Positions 24,393 to 37,190 of a stretch of DNA of 64,000 bases are shown here, piece after piece. A program made the translations under genes and the position numbers. The notes below the pieces were generated by a model, which was not told where the DNA came from, searched no databases, and saw nothing but the letters and a program-made list of their open reading frames with translations. Each line of letters starts with the position of its first letter. Position 1 is the first letter of the stretch. The stretch is from Carcharhinus longimanus (lineage: Eukaryota): NCBI GenBank assembly GCA_030264375.1, contig JASCQW010000162.1, positions 33,705,595 to 33,769,594 of the forward strand. Direction: 5' to 3'.

Positions 24393-25569
24393 CAGGTCTG
24401 TGCTGTTTGTAAACAGCCACTATTACTACCTTAAAAAAAACAGACTGCCAAATTTTACAATGTACATGCAATCAAATACACACTGCAAAAACTGTAACAG
24501 TTGTTCTAATTCACATCGGTGTTTAGTCTTCTTGCCAACCACCTTACTTAATCTCATTTCTGATCCACTACTCTTACAAAGTGCTTACTGAGTAGCATGA
24601 GGTTGAGTAGCAGGTGGCATTTTGCCCAAAAGAGAAACAAACAACATTGTGGCACATTGGCTTAACTAGCTTATCAAACAATATTGCTCCTGGATGAGTA
24701 GCTTGTTGGCATTTTTACCAGCTCAAGTATATATAGCATGGATGGATGGATTCAACAAGCAGAAAGAGATAAATTGGAGCTCGGAAAGAATGACACATTC
24801 TGAACAGAGTAGCTATAAAGAAAGATCAATAAGTGGTTTGGGAAATCATTCGCAAGTCAAAATATGGAAAGCGTACAAAGTTAAAATGTACAAAGTTACA
24901 CAAAGGATGTATGAAAGTGAAAAGAAAACATGCACAAGATTTATACAAAGTTTCCTTTTCTACATGCAGTTCAATTAATAAAGCAATTACTTGCATTTTC
25001 TTTGTTAAGCTTTTGCACTGCAACTGGCTTGGAACTTGAACGCAGCTTAGAAAAGGTAATTCTCCTGCTGCTAGGAAAGGCTGACAAGATGGCCTGCTGT
25101 GCAAACAAGTATGCAATAAAAATTCTAATAAAACTCAAAATGAACAAGGCCTGTTGAAGTTCAGTACTTTGGTTAATCTGTTGCACTTCCTAGTGTTTCT
25201 GAAGTTTTGTGGCTTGTGCAGTTACCAATGTGCTAACTTGCCAAAAAGGAAGCAAGACTTCCAGATCTTACTTTTTCCTATTACATCTTTTGCAAAAAGT
25301 AAGTCTTTTCAATCAAAATCAAACCATTTTAGAATAGGCAGAGAATAGAAGTTTCAAAGGCATCTTCAATATTCCAAAATTTCAAAATTGCATTTTCATA
25401 GGGATCCTCACTACAATAACATCGACAAAAGTCTCATTTTCTTATTAGGCAGTTAGAAAAGGTAAATACATGTTTGGAATTAACTCTAATAATGTGTATA
25501 ATACTGGTCCTGCCTAAAGATATGTCAATTTCCAGACATGGGCCCATTTCTCCATTAAATCCGGGTATA

Positions 25570-26117
25570 GCATCATACAGCCATAGAGTTTTACAGCATG
25601 GAANNNNNNNNNNNNNNNNNNNNNNNNNNNNNNNNNNNNNNNNNNNNNNNNNNNNNNNNNNNNNNNNNNNNNNNNNNNNNNNNNNNNNNNNNNNNNNNNN
25701 NNNGTTTTACAGCATGGAAACAAGCCCTTCAGCCCAACTTGTCCATGCTGCCCTTTTTTTAAACCCATAAGCTAATCCCAATTGACCACATTTGGCCCAA
25801 ATCCCTCTGTACCCATCTTACCCATTTAACAATCTAAATGCTTTTTAGAATACAAAATTGTACCCACTTCTACTACTACCTCTGGCAGCTTGTTCCAGAC
25901 ACTCGCCACTCTCTGTGTGAAATAATTGCCCCTCTGGACACTTTTTTATCTCTCCCCTCTCACCTTAAACCTATGCCCTCTAGTTCTAGACTCCCCTACC
26001 TTTTGGGAAAAAATATTGACTATCTGGCTGATCTGTGCCTTTTTTATCTTATAGACCTCGATAAGGTCACCCCTCGGCCTCCTACGCTCCAGAGATAAAA
26101 GTCCCTGCCTATCCATT
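25570..26117 (-). mobile_element. CR1 LINE 3' fragment spanning a gap
   Basis: MDRQGLLSLERRRPRGDLIEVYKIKK...VGESRTRGHRFKVRGER on the minus strand plus 3' UTR. Confidence 0.9.
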
Positions 26118-26221
26118 TGATATGAGTGGATTTGATTATAATCATTCGGCTGCACTTGAATGTTCTAATTTGGCGCAAATATGTTTGTTATCTACGAGCG
26201 TGGATAGTAGCCACAATTCCA

Positions 26222-26410
26222 AAAGGGTGGTGGGAGCAGATTCAACAATAACTTTCAAAAAGAATTGGGTAAATACTTGTAAAGGAAATATTTGCAGGAC
26301 TATGGAGAAAGGGCAGAGGATTGGAAATAATTGGAAAGTTCTTTCAAAGATATGGCACAGTTATGATGGGCCAAATGGTCTGCTTCCCGGCTGTATAATT
26401 CTATGATTCA
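26222..26410 (+). mobile_element. CR1 3' end fragment
   Basis: RVVGADSTITFKK followed by a GATGGGCCAAATGGTC...ATTCTATGATTC tail. Confidence 0.75.
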
Positions 26411-28145
26411 GGGTCGTTAACAAAGACAGTCAAAAAGCAAGGTTTCTAACACCAGCCCCAATGGGACTTCCCCACTAACTAGCAGAGCCATTGCCATTAA
26501 TAATAACCTCTGCTATCACAAGCAATTTTGTTACATCCAACCTGGGATCAGCCTGCCAATCGTAAAGGCCTTACTTCCCCAGATCTCCCTCTAATAAGGT
26601 AGCCTACTGTGCTGCACCTCATCAAAAGCTTTTTGAAAATTCAAGGAGCTAATAAGCCAACTTGGCTAATTTCATCCAACAATGCAGTAATGTCTTCAAA
26701 AGGTTCAACCAGACTGTCAAAAGATTGCCTTTGCCAGAAGCTACATTGGACGTCTCTAATGAGCCCCTTCTCTGTCCAAATTTAATATAGAGTATTTTTA
26801 ATTATCCCTTTCAGCAACTTGCCAATAATCAAAATTAAACTAATAGTTTTATAATTTCCTGTTTCTGGCTTTATTTAATATTGGTACAACATAATCCTCC
26901 TTCTAGTCTTGAATCTAGCACGCTGTTATATTTATAAAGTGGTATAAGCTAGTCTTGATCGATGGTACAAAACAACAATGTTGAATCGGCCTTCTGATAC
27001 AGAATCACAGAACAGTAACGGTACAGAAGGAGACCATTCAGCCCTTCATATTTTTGCTGGTGGTTCAATTCAACCAGAACCATTCATCCACCTTCTCTCC
27101 AAAACACCCAGCTTCTAATATTCAGTTGCATTGCGGTCACTGAAATTAAATAAGTGCTCCATATAACGGTGGCCAATCCAATATTGACCAAGGCGAATGA
27201 CTACCTCAAAAAGGTTACCTGCCATTTCTTTCAGAATCCTCAGGTGAATGTCCTCAGGGTTCCCAGCTTATTTTGATCTCAGATCCCTTTATCTTTCCAG
27301 ATTACATCTGAATTGACTTCAACATTTGCAATGTTTGTGTTCACCATACACTGCATTTATGTTAACTGGAAAGGTCTACTGACATGAAGACTGATGCAGT
27401 GTTTTGAGAATTCATCTCAATCTGCCCAGTGTAATCCTGTACCAGTCCTATGAAGTTTTTATCTCCCTCTTACTCCTACCCGAACTAAAAGTTAAATAAA
27501 CTGTTGATTAATGTGGACTTGTGCATTTGCCAGTCCAATTAATTTTTGTAGTCCAAATTCAGTTTCAAAACAGAAATTTTTGTTTGTACAATACCTTATG
27601 AATTGCTAAATTCTTGGCTCAGTCTGAAGTGCTTTCTGCTCATATTGTACCAGTTCATCCCAGTGACCAGGGGGAATGCAGCTTTCTGCCAGAAGATTTC
27701 AACAGATGAAAAACAGGTTACTTCTTCAAAAAAAACAAGAAAAATTTTCATTCCTATGTTGATTAATGATATGCTGAGTTCCACACACAAAAAAGCATGT
27801 GCTTAATCAAATAAAAATGAAATTATGCACCCACAGACTGATCTTTAAAATATGCCATAAGTGTCACAGTTCTGGTATCAGAAATTATGGTAATTGGCTT
27901 TTGTGAAACAAGATAATGGAGCTTTAAAAATGATTAATATAGGGTGTGTAAGATTTATGTTCATCAAAACACATCTGAATCTCCATATAGTACAAGTAAA
28001 CCCCAGTGGAATTGGGAGATGTGTAAATATTTAGAACAATCCAACTGAAACAAAAATGCATTTGATAATTAGATCAAATGTGAATCTCCACTGAGATGTA
28101 TGACAAGGTCTATTGTTACATAAATGCCAACCCGGAAGTAACATT

Positions 28146-28437
28146 GGGTGGCATGGTAGCACAGTGGTTAGAGCTACTGCCTCACAGCACCAGGGACACG
28201 AGTTTGNNNNNNNNNNNNNNNNNNNNNNNNNNNNNNNNNNNNNNNNNNNNNNNNNNNNNNNNNNNNNNTTGAATGGCGGGGCAGGCTCGAAGGGCTAGAT
28301 GGCCTACTCCTGCTCCTATTTCTTATGTTCTTATGTTCTTAAGTGCTGGACTGTGGCGACTAGAGGAATTTCACAGTAACTTCATTACAGTGTTAATGTA
28401 AGCCTTATTGTGACTAATAAATTATCTTTTAACTTTT
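28146..28437 (+). mobile_element. V-SINE (tail type B) containing a gap and a young CR1 3' end at 28269-28341
   Basis: SINE head before the N run; CR1 tail after it; the SINE tail then resumes at TGTGGCGACTAGAGGAATTTCACAGTAAC. Confidence 0.8.
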
Positions 28438-28944
28438 GGTCAGCTTGACGGGGAGAAATATAAAGATACTACTGTGTTCATCTTGGCTAGGTTCAATTGC
28501 ATTATTGAAGTCACTGTTGTTTGGTTATAACAGAGCTATGTTAAAGAGATGACTCATTTGTCAATTTTAGCACCTTGTTTAGAGTCAGTGTACTGCTCTT
28601 TTTTTTAGAATTTTGCTCTATATTTCTGTCTTCATCCCTTCTTTGCTAAACAGGGACATTGGTTTGAGAATCTATCCATGGAGGAGCCACTTCCAAGCAT
28701 TGTACGATCATAACACTTTGATTTATTATTTGTTAAACATTTCTGCCACTGGGAGATTGCCAATGCAATGGCCGTGATATTTATCAGGAACCAGGGACGG
28801 AGTGGGCTGTGTGTGGGTGTATGTGTGTGTGTGTGGGTAGGGGTAGTTCCTATGGTTGCAAAATATTGAAATCCAGGCAATGCGGGAAACCTGCCAACTT
28901 CCACAGGCAGGAACACATGTAAATAAAAGTTTCAATCGAATTTC

Positions 28945-29122
28945 TATCCACCAAAGATGTGTGGGTGAGGTTGATCGGTCATGATAAATTGCCCCTTAGT
29001 GTCAGGGATTTAGGAGGGCAAATATGTGGCATTATGGGGATAGGACCTGGGTGGGTTTGTTGTTGGTGCAGGTTCGATGGGACAAATGACCTCCTTCTGC
29101 ACTGTAGGGTTCTATGATTCAA
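28945..29122 (+). mobile_element. HE1 V-SINE 3' half, CR1-type tail (type A)
   Basis: CCAAAGATGTG...AAATTGCCCCTTAGTGTC...GATGGGACAAATGACCTCCTTCTGCACTGTAGGGTTCTATGATTC. Confidence 0.85.
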
Positions 29123-29540
29123 TACCAGCAAGTCAACTGGAGGGAGTGATTGTTGGGGAGGAGAAGCATGCCAAGATTGAGAGTTCGTAAGAAAATTGAA
29201 AGCTTGCTGACAAACTGTAAAATATTCTCATGCTTTCAGATGCCACAAGGTGCTGTATTGTATTAGAAATATATTTTTAATTCAGTAAATCATCATAGAA
29301 ACTCATCCTTTGAAGGAAAGTTGATCAGTCTTGTGTCTTTGTTTCAAGGCGTTACAGTGCTTTTCCAATAAAGAAAGCAGCAAAATGCGGTGAAATGCCC
29401 GACCATCATTACTGCTGTACCATCAACTGGCTCTGGCAGATTTTTTTTTAGAAAAACTGATTCTAACACTTGAAAAAAAATCTAACCACCTGCTCTCTTA
29501 CATCTTACATTGATGGAAGACACACTGTGTGTGTAGGGGG

Positions 29541-29667
29541 GAGGAGGAATTTCCCCGTCCCACCCACCATAGAAATCGTAGCAGGCAGGGAGTGGATCAT
29601 GCAAAGATCTGTTAACATCGAGCATGATTTTCCACTTTTGTGATGAGCGTGGCTGGAAATCCCACTC
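29541..29667. mobile_element. Short MITE related to 61940-62066, in reverse orientation
   Basis: Ends GATGAGCGTGGCTGGAAATCCCACTC, a degenerate reverse complement of the start of the 61940 element. Confidence 0.55.
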
Positions 29668-30558
29668 ACTATTTTGAATTGAAATGAGCACCTACTGTTC
29701 TTTCTTTCCCAGAGAATAGTCTACTGTTTGGACAGCTATGGCCATCATTAATGCTTGCCTGAGCTTCAAGTGCTAAGGAGTTTTAGAATCACAAGTGTTC
29801 CAATCATCTGAGTGTGAATGACAGTTTCAAGAAGTTGTAAAAACAGATTGCCCCTTTGATGTGGTTTCTGACTTGTTGACACGTTGAAAGGATTACAAGT
29901 ATTGCAAGGTATTTTCATCTGGCAGAATGCATGTTTTCTCTATCAATTATATGGAAGCTTTTTGTAAATAAAACAACTATTATTTATTTCCTCCAAAAGA
30001 ATATAATATATTTTTCATTGACATTGCAAGGTATAGAAGGATTGTATACTCCATGCATACTGGATGTGGTGCTATGGAAGATAAATGGGAACACAGAGGT
30101 GGCATGGATGATCTGAGGGGGCATGGAAGATCTATGGAGGCATTCATGTGGCATGGAGTGGCATGTGTGATCCGTAGGGGCTAGTGGATACGTGAGTGGC
30201 ATAAAAGTAGCATGGGGTTGGGCTGGGATAAAGAAGGTGAAGGGTGAGGTTTAGAGAGCTATGAATGTCAAATTAGAATATTTTTTTCTCTAGTTAACAA
30301 GTATTATCTCTCCTCCTAATCGGATGTTGATCAAGCTTTAGATAATATTTTAGTTCAATGTTACTCTATGAAGGACTGTAAACCAAAAGCACTAATAAAT
30401 GTGAATGTGTCTGATCTGATGGTTCTTGTACTGGAATTTATTTCAGAACTCACCTGTTGCTTCATTATAAAATAAACATCGATGTGGTAAAGACCCTAAT
30501 ATACATGAGTTCATTTTTCTTATTACTAAGGAATACCCCTTATCTCAGACTACATCGA

Positions 30559-30837
30559 GTGGTATAGTGGCACAGTGGTTAACACGGCTGCCTCACAGCT
30601 CCAGGGATCCGGGTTCAATTCTTGGCTTAGGTCACTGTATGTATGGAATCTTCACGTTCTCCTTGTGCCTGCGTGGATTTCTTCTGGGTGTTCCAGTTTC
30701 ATCCCAATGGTTAAGTGCACTGACTGTGCTAAATTCTCCCTCAGTGTATCCGAACAGGTGCCAGAGTGTGGCAACTACAGGATTTTCACAGTAACCTCTT
30801 TGCAGTGTAAGTGTAAGCCTAGTTGTGACTTTAAACT
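30559..30837 (+). mobile_element. HE1-type V-SINE, tail type B
   Basis: A/B boxes, V-domain and type-B tail. Confidence 0.88.
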
Positions 30838-31289
30838 TCAGGATCCACTTCTGTGACATTTGATAGCAATTGATACAGATAAAATCAGAGAAAAGGTTGG
30901 TCCCACAATATGGAAAGGTTTTGTTTTGTCACAAAATATCCAACTATCCTATAGTCTTTTTCTTCAAACTTTCTTCAGGAAATTATGACAGATCATATAA
31001 TCTCTCCCATTTCCATGAAAATACATTGAACAAAGAAATGTCGGGTGACAATTTATATCTGCTGGGAAGCTTCAAGTACTTTTTCATTTTTTTCTAATAA
31101 ACAATGCATTCAAGCTTACTTCAGTTCTATTTCTTTGTGACATGCCAAAGTTATCTATTGAGTTAAAATTGACTGTGAAAGTAAAGCTCAACTCCAAAAT
31201 TAATATTGTTATGCTTATATTCAAGGTCAGTAATTTTGTTCATAAAGTGAAAATATTCTGCACCTCCTGTGGAAATTGGTTTTGTTAAA

Positions 31290-31735
31290 TTTAATTTATG
31301 GGATGTATGGGATATTTATTTATGGGATATTTATGGGATAAATGCTGGGTCAGCATTTATTGATCATCTTCAATTGCTTTAAAGTATGTAATGGTGAGCT
31401 TGCTTGCTGAACTGTTGCAGCCCTGATATGTAGATACACCTACAATGCTGTTAGGAAGGGAGTTCCATGATTTGGACCCAGTGACAGTGAAAGAATAGTG
31501 ATTAGGCTTGGAGGGGAGCTTCCAGATGGTGTTACATGCATCCGTTGCTTTTGTCCTTCTGGATGGTAGCAGTCATAGGTTTAGAAGCCTCTGCCCAAGG
31601 AGCTTTGGTGAGTTCCTGTTGTCTGTCTTGTAGATGATACACACTACTGCATCTGTTTATCTGTTTTGAAGGGAGTGAATATTTGTGAATGGGGTGCAAA
31701 TCAAGCAGGCTGCTTTGTCCTGTACGATGTCAAAC
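31290..31735 (-). mobile_element. 3' end of an RSg-1-like LINE sharing its tail with the Meta/SlmI-like SINE
   Basis: CAGCATTTATTGATCATCTTCAATTGC matches the SINE tail at 41740-41770, then continues into a decayed ORF end (minus-strand GSKSWNSLPNSIVGVST). Confidence 0.7.
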
Positions 31736-31737
31736 TT

Positions 31738-31865
31738 AAAAGCAAAATACTACTGGAATCTGAAACAAAAACAGAAAATGCTGGAAACCCTCAGTAGTTT
31801 CTGACAGCATCTATGGGGTGAGAATAGAGCCAACATTTTGAGTCCAGATGATCCTTCATCAAAGC
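31738..31865 (-). mobile_element. Penelope-derived repeat with a degenerate hammerhead core
   Basis: Minus strand reads TTGATGA-AGGATCATCTGGACT-CAAAATGTTGGCTC (C3 and G12 mutated), followed by GATGCTGTCAGA...CCAGCATTTTCTGTTTTTGTTTCAGATTCCAG. Confidence 0.6.
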
Positions 31866-34859
31866 CCAAGGGGTACCCTCACCTTGCACCTGCTCTGCCC
31901 AGAGGGCCTCAGTGGCCTCTGGTTCCACCAGCAAGGCCAACACGACAGGTTCCCCCCCATTCATGGGGAGCAGGTGTTTTCCTCTCCAGAGAGAATCTCT
32001 CCTGGCAAGGACATAAAGGCAAGTGAGCCTGGATGATTGAGCTCACTAAACACATGCAAATCAAATAAACTAATCAGCCTCTCACCCATTTCTGGCAAGA
32101 GACTGACTGTACCGGAAATCTGGATATTGTAAAATCGTACTGATCGCAAAAACGGATACCCAATTTTATGATATTTCCCCACTGCATAACTGATGTTAAA
32201 TTTCATCCATTGTGCGTTCTAGAAGGTGGGCATTCTGAGCTTCTGAACTAATCTTGTAGCCCAGCTGAGGATGTTAAGGCGGTTTATAGAGTAATCTCTA
32301 ATGATAATTCTAATAATCAAAATGCATGATGCATACCATTGTTGGGTAAGAATGGGCTCATTACATAAGGTCACAGCAAACTAAAATATATTTGGATTTT
32401 CATGGAGTCCAGGAGACCCTGTGGATGTACAAAAATGATGGCCAGGACCAATTCTGGGATTCCCAACCCAACTGCAATACCCACAATAGTCACCAGTTCA
32501 TGTTAAGTGTTAAAGTTAAGAGTCTGCATCCTGCATTCCCAACACAGCTGATTCCATTGCAGATAAAGGCCTGTCCTAGTCATCTGCAAGATTGTGGTTC
32601 ATGGCATCTCAGAGGTATCATGAATCATAGTATGGATGGGGGAACCTTTTGAATATTAAATTCAAAACAGGCTACTAAGTTCAAAAGGTCTTAGTGATGA
32701 CCCCCTGCCAAGCCATGTCTCTCTAATCCATTCCCAACAACTCTTCACACCAAGCTATAGCACTTTCATGCCAATTCACGCACCATATACTCTCTACAGA
32801 ATCTATGAGCACTATATTAACAAAAGGATGAGTGAAAAAACTTTCAAAGAGTCATTAATAACATAACTATCTTTAGAAAGAATCTCCTTTCACTACAGCC
32901 CTATGGAATTGTCTATTATCTAGATCCTTTAAAGTATCAATAGCTGAAACTGCAAGCATTCAATATCTCTTTATTTTGCATACATACACTTTGTGCAATT
33001 GTCAGAATAGACCTGAGAACAAGAGCTGTTAATTACTCAATGTTTCAACAATCTAACGGATGTGTGAACTCTAATCCTAGCCTCATTATGTGTTCTATGG
33101 TGAAGTTTTGTTTTTTTTTAAAGAAAGAAATGAATGACCGCTTTAAAGCGTTTTCATACATCCTATTATTACGATAGGATTAATTGGTTCTTTATAGAAT
33201 GTATCATGGGTGAACGGGCATGCACATGTATGAGGTGGGTGGGTGGTGTAACTTAGCATGGCAGGTAGGAGTTTGGGACTTGAGGTGGCATGCATTGGTT
33301 GGGGTGAAGGCTAGAGCACTGTTATTTGGTTTGCTGTCATTATTACAAATAGGACAAAGTCCCAGTGCACTGAGGCAAACCTTTTAAACTACCTATCTTG
33401 GCACTTGGCAGCCCCTATGGCTGCCTCCAAACTCTTTCTAGAGGCGACAGACCTCACTCCTGTTTTTGTGAGCTAGAGACCAAGAGATAGAGGTAGCCAG
33501 TGAAGGAAACCTAAACATTCCTCTACATTGCATCTTCATACTCTGTATGTGTTACAAATTCATGTTGTGTATATTTTGTGCAAGATCCTTATAGATGAAA
33601 TGTATTTCCCTCCCCTGCACCCAAACCAACCCAAATCTCAGAGTTAAAATGAACCTACTGATCTGAAGCTTTATTTATCCTCTTTCATGATAAATGGGGT
33701 TTACATGAACAATTCATCATCATCTTGCCCTGAAGAAGCAATTTTGCTTTGTTATATTTAGGTATAGGAAATCAATTCTCGTTGAGATTCCTTTGGCTAC
33801 CTTAGGCTTAAGTTTTTTTAAAAAATTGGATAGCTATACCAATTACTATATTGCACTGTGGTGGATCTCTTTAAATTGTATTAATTTGTAAACCTATTTT
33901 ACTATCAAAAATGATTTTTGTATACTAGTAAAACTAATTTCTCAATATCACTGTAACCAAGTAAAATAAAATCTTGTCGGTACACAAATTGAAATTATTC
34001 TTGACAAATGTTGTGTTACACAAATGAATACTTGTAGATTGTTTATGAAGCCTTTAATTTAAGACATGGGAGAAATATTATTTGAGGCACTCAGTGAATA
34101 TTGCTTGTGAACATGGTTCAGACTGCATTTGAAAGAAAGGCAGAATTCTTTAGAAGTAAGACAACGAGTCATGTGTATTTCTGCTCTGCAGAATGGTGGT
34201 GACATTGCTGAAATAAAAGATTTAAAGATGCCTGTAAATTATAGATTAAAGATTTATGATTGAATGTACACTGCATTTCAGACGCTCTGCTCTTCCAACC
34301 TGGGTGCCTATCATTGCTGTTTCAATGCAATTATTAGTGAGTGTTGAGGGCTTATCTGGTGGACATGTTTGAAGCTGCATTTTATTCACTAGATTTGTTC
34401 CCATTACTGGTCTTGGTGAGCCAAATCATTCAGCTGCCTATGCAATTTAGTGAGCACAAAGTAACTAAAGGCAAGTGCCACTTCAAAACAGGATCAAGAA
34501 AAATCAATCATATTTTTCACTGCATTTTTTAAAATCAAACTATCAAAGGCTACCATTTATTTGTGGCAATATTCTACCAAAGCAGACTTATTTTTCGATC
34601 AATAAATCTAAAGAAAATACCAACCTGTAGCAAATCCATGTTTAAATGTGATTATAGACCCTCGAGGTGCAAGTGTTCTTGTAACTGAAGTACGAGCTTT
34701 TCTTGCAAGGCTGCTCTTTATCTTTTTGACAAGTTCCTCTTGAACAGGCACAGAAAGCATTATTGCTCAAACATATCCTTGAAACAGTCAGACTTTCTTC
34801 AAAAGTTAATAGAACTTTTTTTTTCATCTTTCTCATCAAAGAACGAGCTACCTTTCAGC

Positions 34860-34965
34860 GAGCAGGGTCACCTTTGTCTTGGTCGGGCTTCATAAATCAA
34901 TCATAATCCCCAATAACTGATTTAAATCCCTACCACTGACCTGTTGCCATGACAATTAATTATCC
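34860..34965. promoter_or_regulatory. Candidate developmental enhancer / conserved non-coding element
   Basis: Pbx-Hox TGATTTATGA (34890-34899, minus), overlapping TGATTGAT, K50 homeodomain TAATCCC (34904), RFX-like GTTGCCATGACAAT (34943-34956) and TAATTA, all within ~100 bp of non-repeat DNA. Confidence 0.4.
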
Positions 34966-35428
34966 TGTACCCATCCAGGCAAATCCTTCTGACAGCAAAA
35001 TGAATGGAATATTGTGCTTTCCCTGGGTCCTTCTGAACCTCAGTCTTCGCCCACCTTCCTTCTTGATTTCTAATTGATGTCATCAAATATCTCACCCAAC
35101 ACTGACAGGTATATTATACAGACTTATGATACTGCTTTATGTGTTCTTGGTGCTGAAGCTGGTTTCATCAATGTTGCGCTTATGGATAATTGATCGTGCG
35201 CTCTAGTCTTGTTGAAATGTTCAAGGTTATTTGAAAGATTAAGAAGCTTCCATTACTATGAGGATCAGATAAACACTAGTTTCAGCATTAGTCTGCAAGT
35301 TACACTCCAAGAATTTGTTGTCAAGCATTTCAAAACCCATGACATATTTATATTTGTTAAGATTTTTCAGTATAGGAGATTTTTCAAAGAGAAAGAATTG
35401 CTGTGGAACACTGAGCATTGGAGGCAGC

Positions 35429-35730
35429 GGGGTAGCACAGTGGCACAATGGTTAACACTGCTGTCTCACAGTGTCAGGGACCCAGTTTCGATTCCTGGCT
35501 GGGGTCACTGACTGTATGGAGTTTGCATGTTCTCCCCGTGCCTTCATGGGTTTCCTCTGGGTGCTTTGGTTCCTTCCACAGTCCAAAAATGGTTAGGTGT
35601 ATTGGCCATGCTAAATTCTCCCTCAATGTACCCGAATAGGCAATAGAGTGTAGCAATTCGGGGATTTTCACAGTAACTTCACTGCAGTGTGAATGGAAGC
35701 CTACCTGTGACTAATAAATAAATAAACTTT
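35429..35730 (+). mobile_element. HE1-type V-SINE, tail type B
   Basis: A/B boxes, V-domain, type-B tail ending (AAAT)n. Confidence 0.9.
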
Positions 35731-35748
35731 TATTTATAATAAATAAAA

Positions 35749-37190
35749 AGTGGTGTTGTGGTAATGCCACTGGACAAATAGAGGCCTAAGCTAATTCTCT
35801 GCACATATTGATTGAAATCCCACCATGGCAGCTGGTGGAATTTGAACTCAAATAATAAATCTGGAATTAAAAACTAGGCTTATAAATGATGACTACTTTC
35901 GATCATTATAAAATCCCACCTGGTTCACGAATGTTCTTTAGGGAAGGTGTTCTGCTGTCCTTACCTGGTCTGGCCTGCAACCAACCCTAGACCTATAGTT
36001 GTATGGTTCACACTTAACTGCTGTCTGAATTAGTGTGGGAAAATACTCAGTTGTATCAAACCACTATGAAGTCAGCCGGAGTGTGACAACTAGGGAATTT
36101 TCACAGTGACTTCATTACAGTGCTAATGTAAGCCTACTTGTAACATTAATAAATAAACTAAAACTTAAAATCTGAAAGAGAATGAAACCAGATGGATCAT
36201 CCCGCATCGGCAATGACGATAACACACCCAACCATGTTAGCCCTACAAAGTCTGCCTTACTAATGTTTCAAGGCTTGTGCCAAACTTGGTAAAGTTGTCC
36301 CTCAGCTAAATCATATCTTCCAAACATGTCCCAGCCACTCCCGTCTCCAATTCTGGGTCTGTCCGGCTGATGGGGCAAGCCAAACCCACCAGAGATGGCA
36401 GCATTGTGGAATACAGTCATGGGGGAGTTGCACTTGGTGTCCTAAAAATTGCCTGTAGATTCCAGGAAGCCTCGTGGCATCAGGTCAAACATGGGCAGGG
36501 AAATCTTGTGCTGACGACTGCCGACTACATCACTGCCCCACATGCTGAAATATTGAAAGACACATTTTGTGTAGTAAAAGCACAGATGCATGCTGGGAAG
36601 GGAAATTAAACATCTGTTATCAATAGTGGCTTAATAATGCCACTACTGACTGAGCTGGCCAAGTCCTAAAGGACATAGGTTTCAGAGTGAGTCTGCAACA
36701 CGTGGTAAGGGAGCCAACAAGAGGAAAAAACTGACTTGAACTTGTCCTCATCAAGCTACCTGTCACAAATGAATCTATCCATGATAGTACTCATAGGAGT
36801 GACCACCACACTTTCCTAATAGAGATGAAGACCAGCCTTCACATGAGGATACCTTCTCTCATATAGTGTAACAATGTCAATGTACTAGATGGGATAGATT
36901 TCAAATAGATCTAGCAATTTAAAACTAGGCATCTTTTAGGTGCTTTGGACCATCAGCAGCAGCAGCAGAATTGTGTACAACAATCGGTAGCTTACAGCCA
37001 GGCATATCCTCATGCTATTATTATCATTAAGCCAGGGGAGCAACTCTAGCTCAAGAAGAGTACAGGACTACATGCCAGTAACAGAACAAGGCATACCACA
37101 CAGGACTACTTCCATGCCAAACAGCAGAAACAGCATGCGACTGACAGAGATAAGTGATCCCACAACTAATGGATTGGCTATTAAAGGATC
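35749..37190 (+). mobile_element. 5' part of an RSg-1-like LINE: tRNA/Meta-SINE-like head followed by a decayed APE endonuclease
   Basis: Head TGGTGTTGTGG...GATTGAAATCCC and Meta core at ~35915-35980; then PTRDGSIVEYSHGGVALGVL..SWHQVKHGQGNLVL and EPTRGKN*LELVL...SIHDSTHRSDH (APE SDH motif). A V-SINE tail is inserted at ~36075-36168. Confidence 0.8.

Noticed and set aside
27595-27690. Minus-strand exon with good acceptor and donor
   Set aside because: Stop codons in all three frames between the sites.
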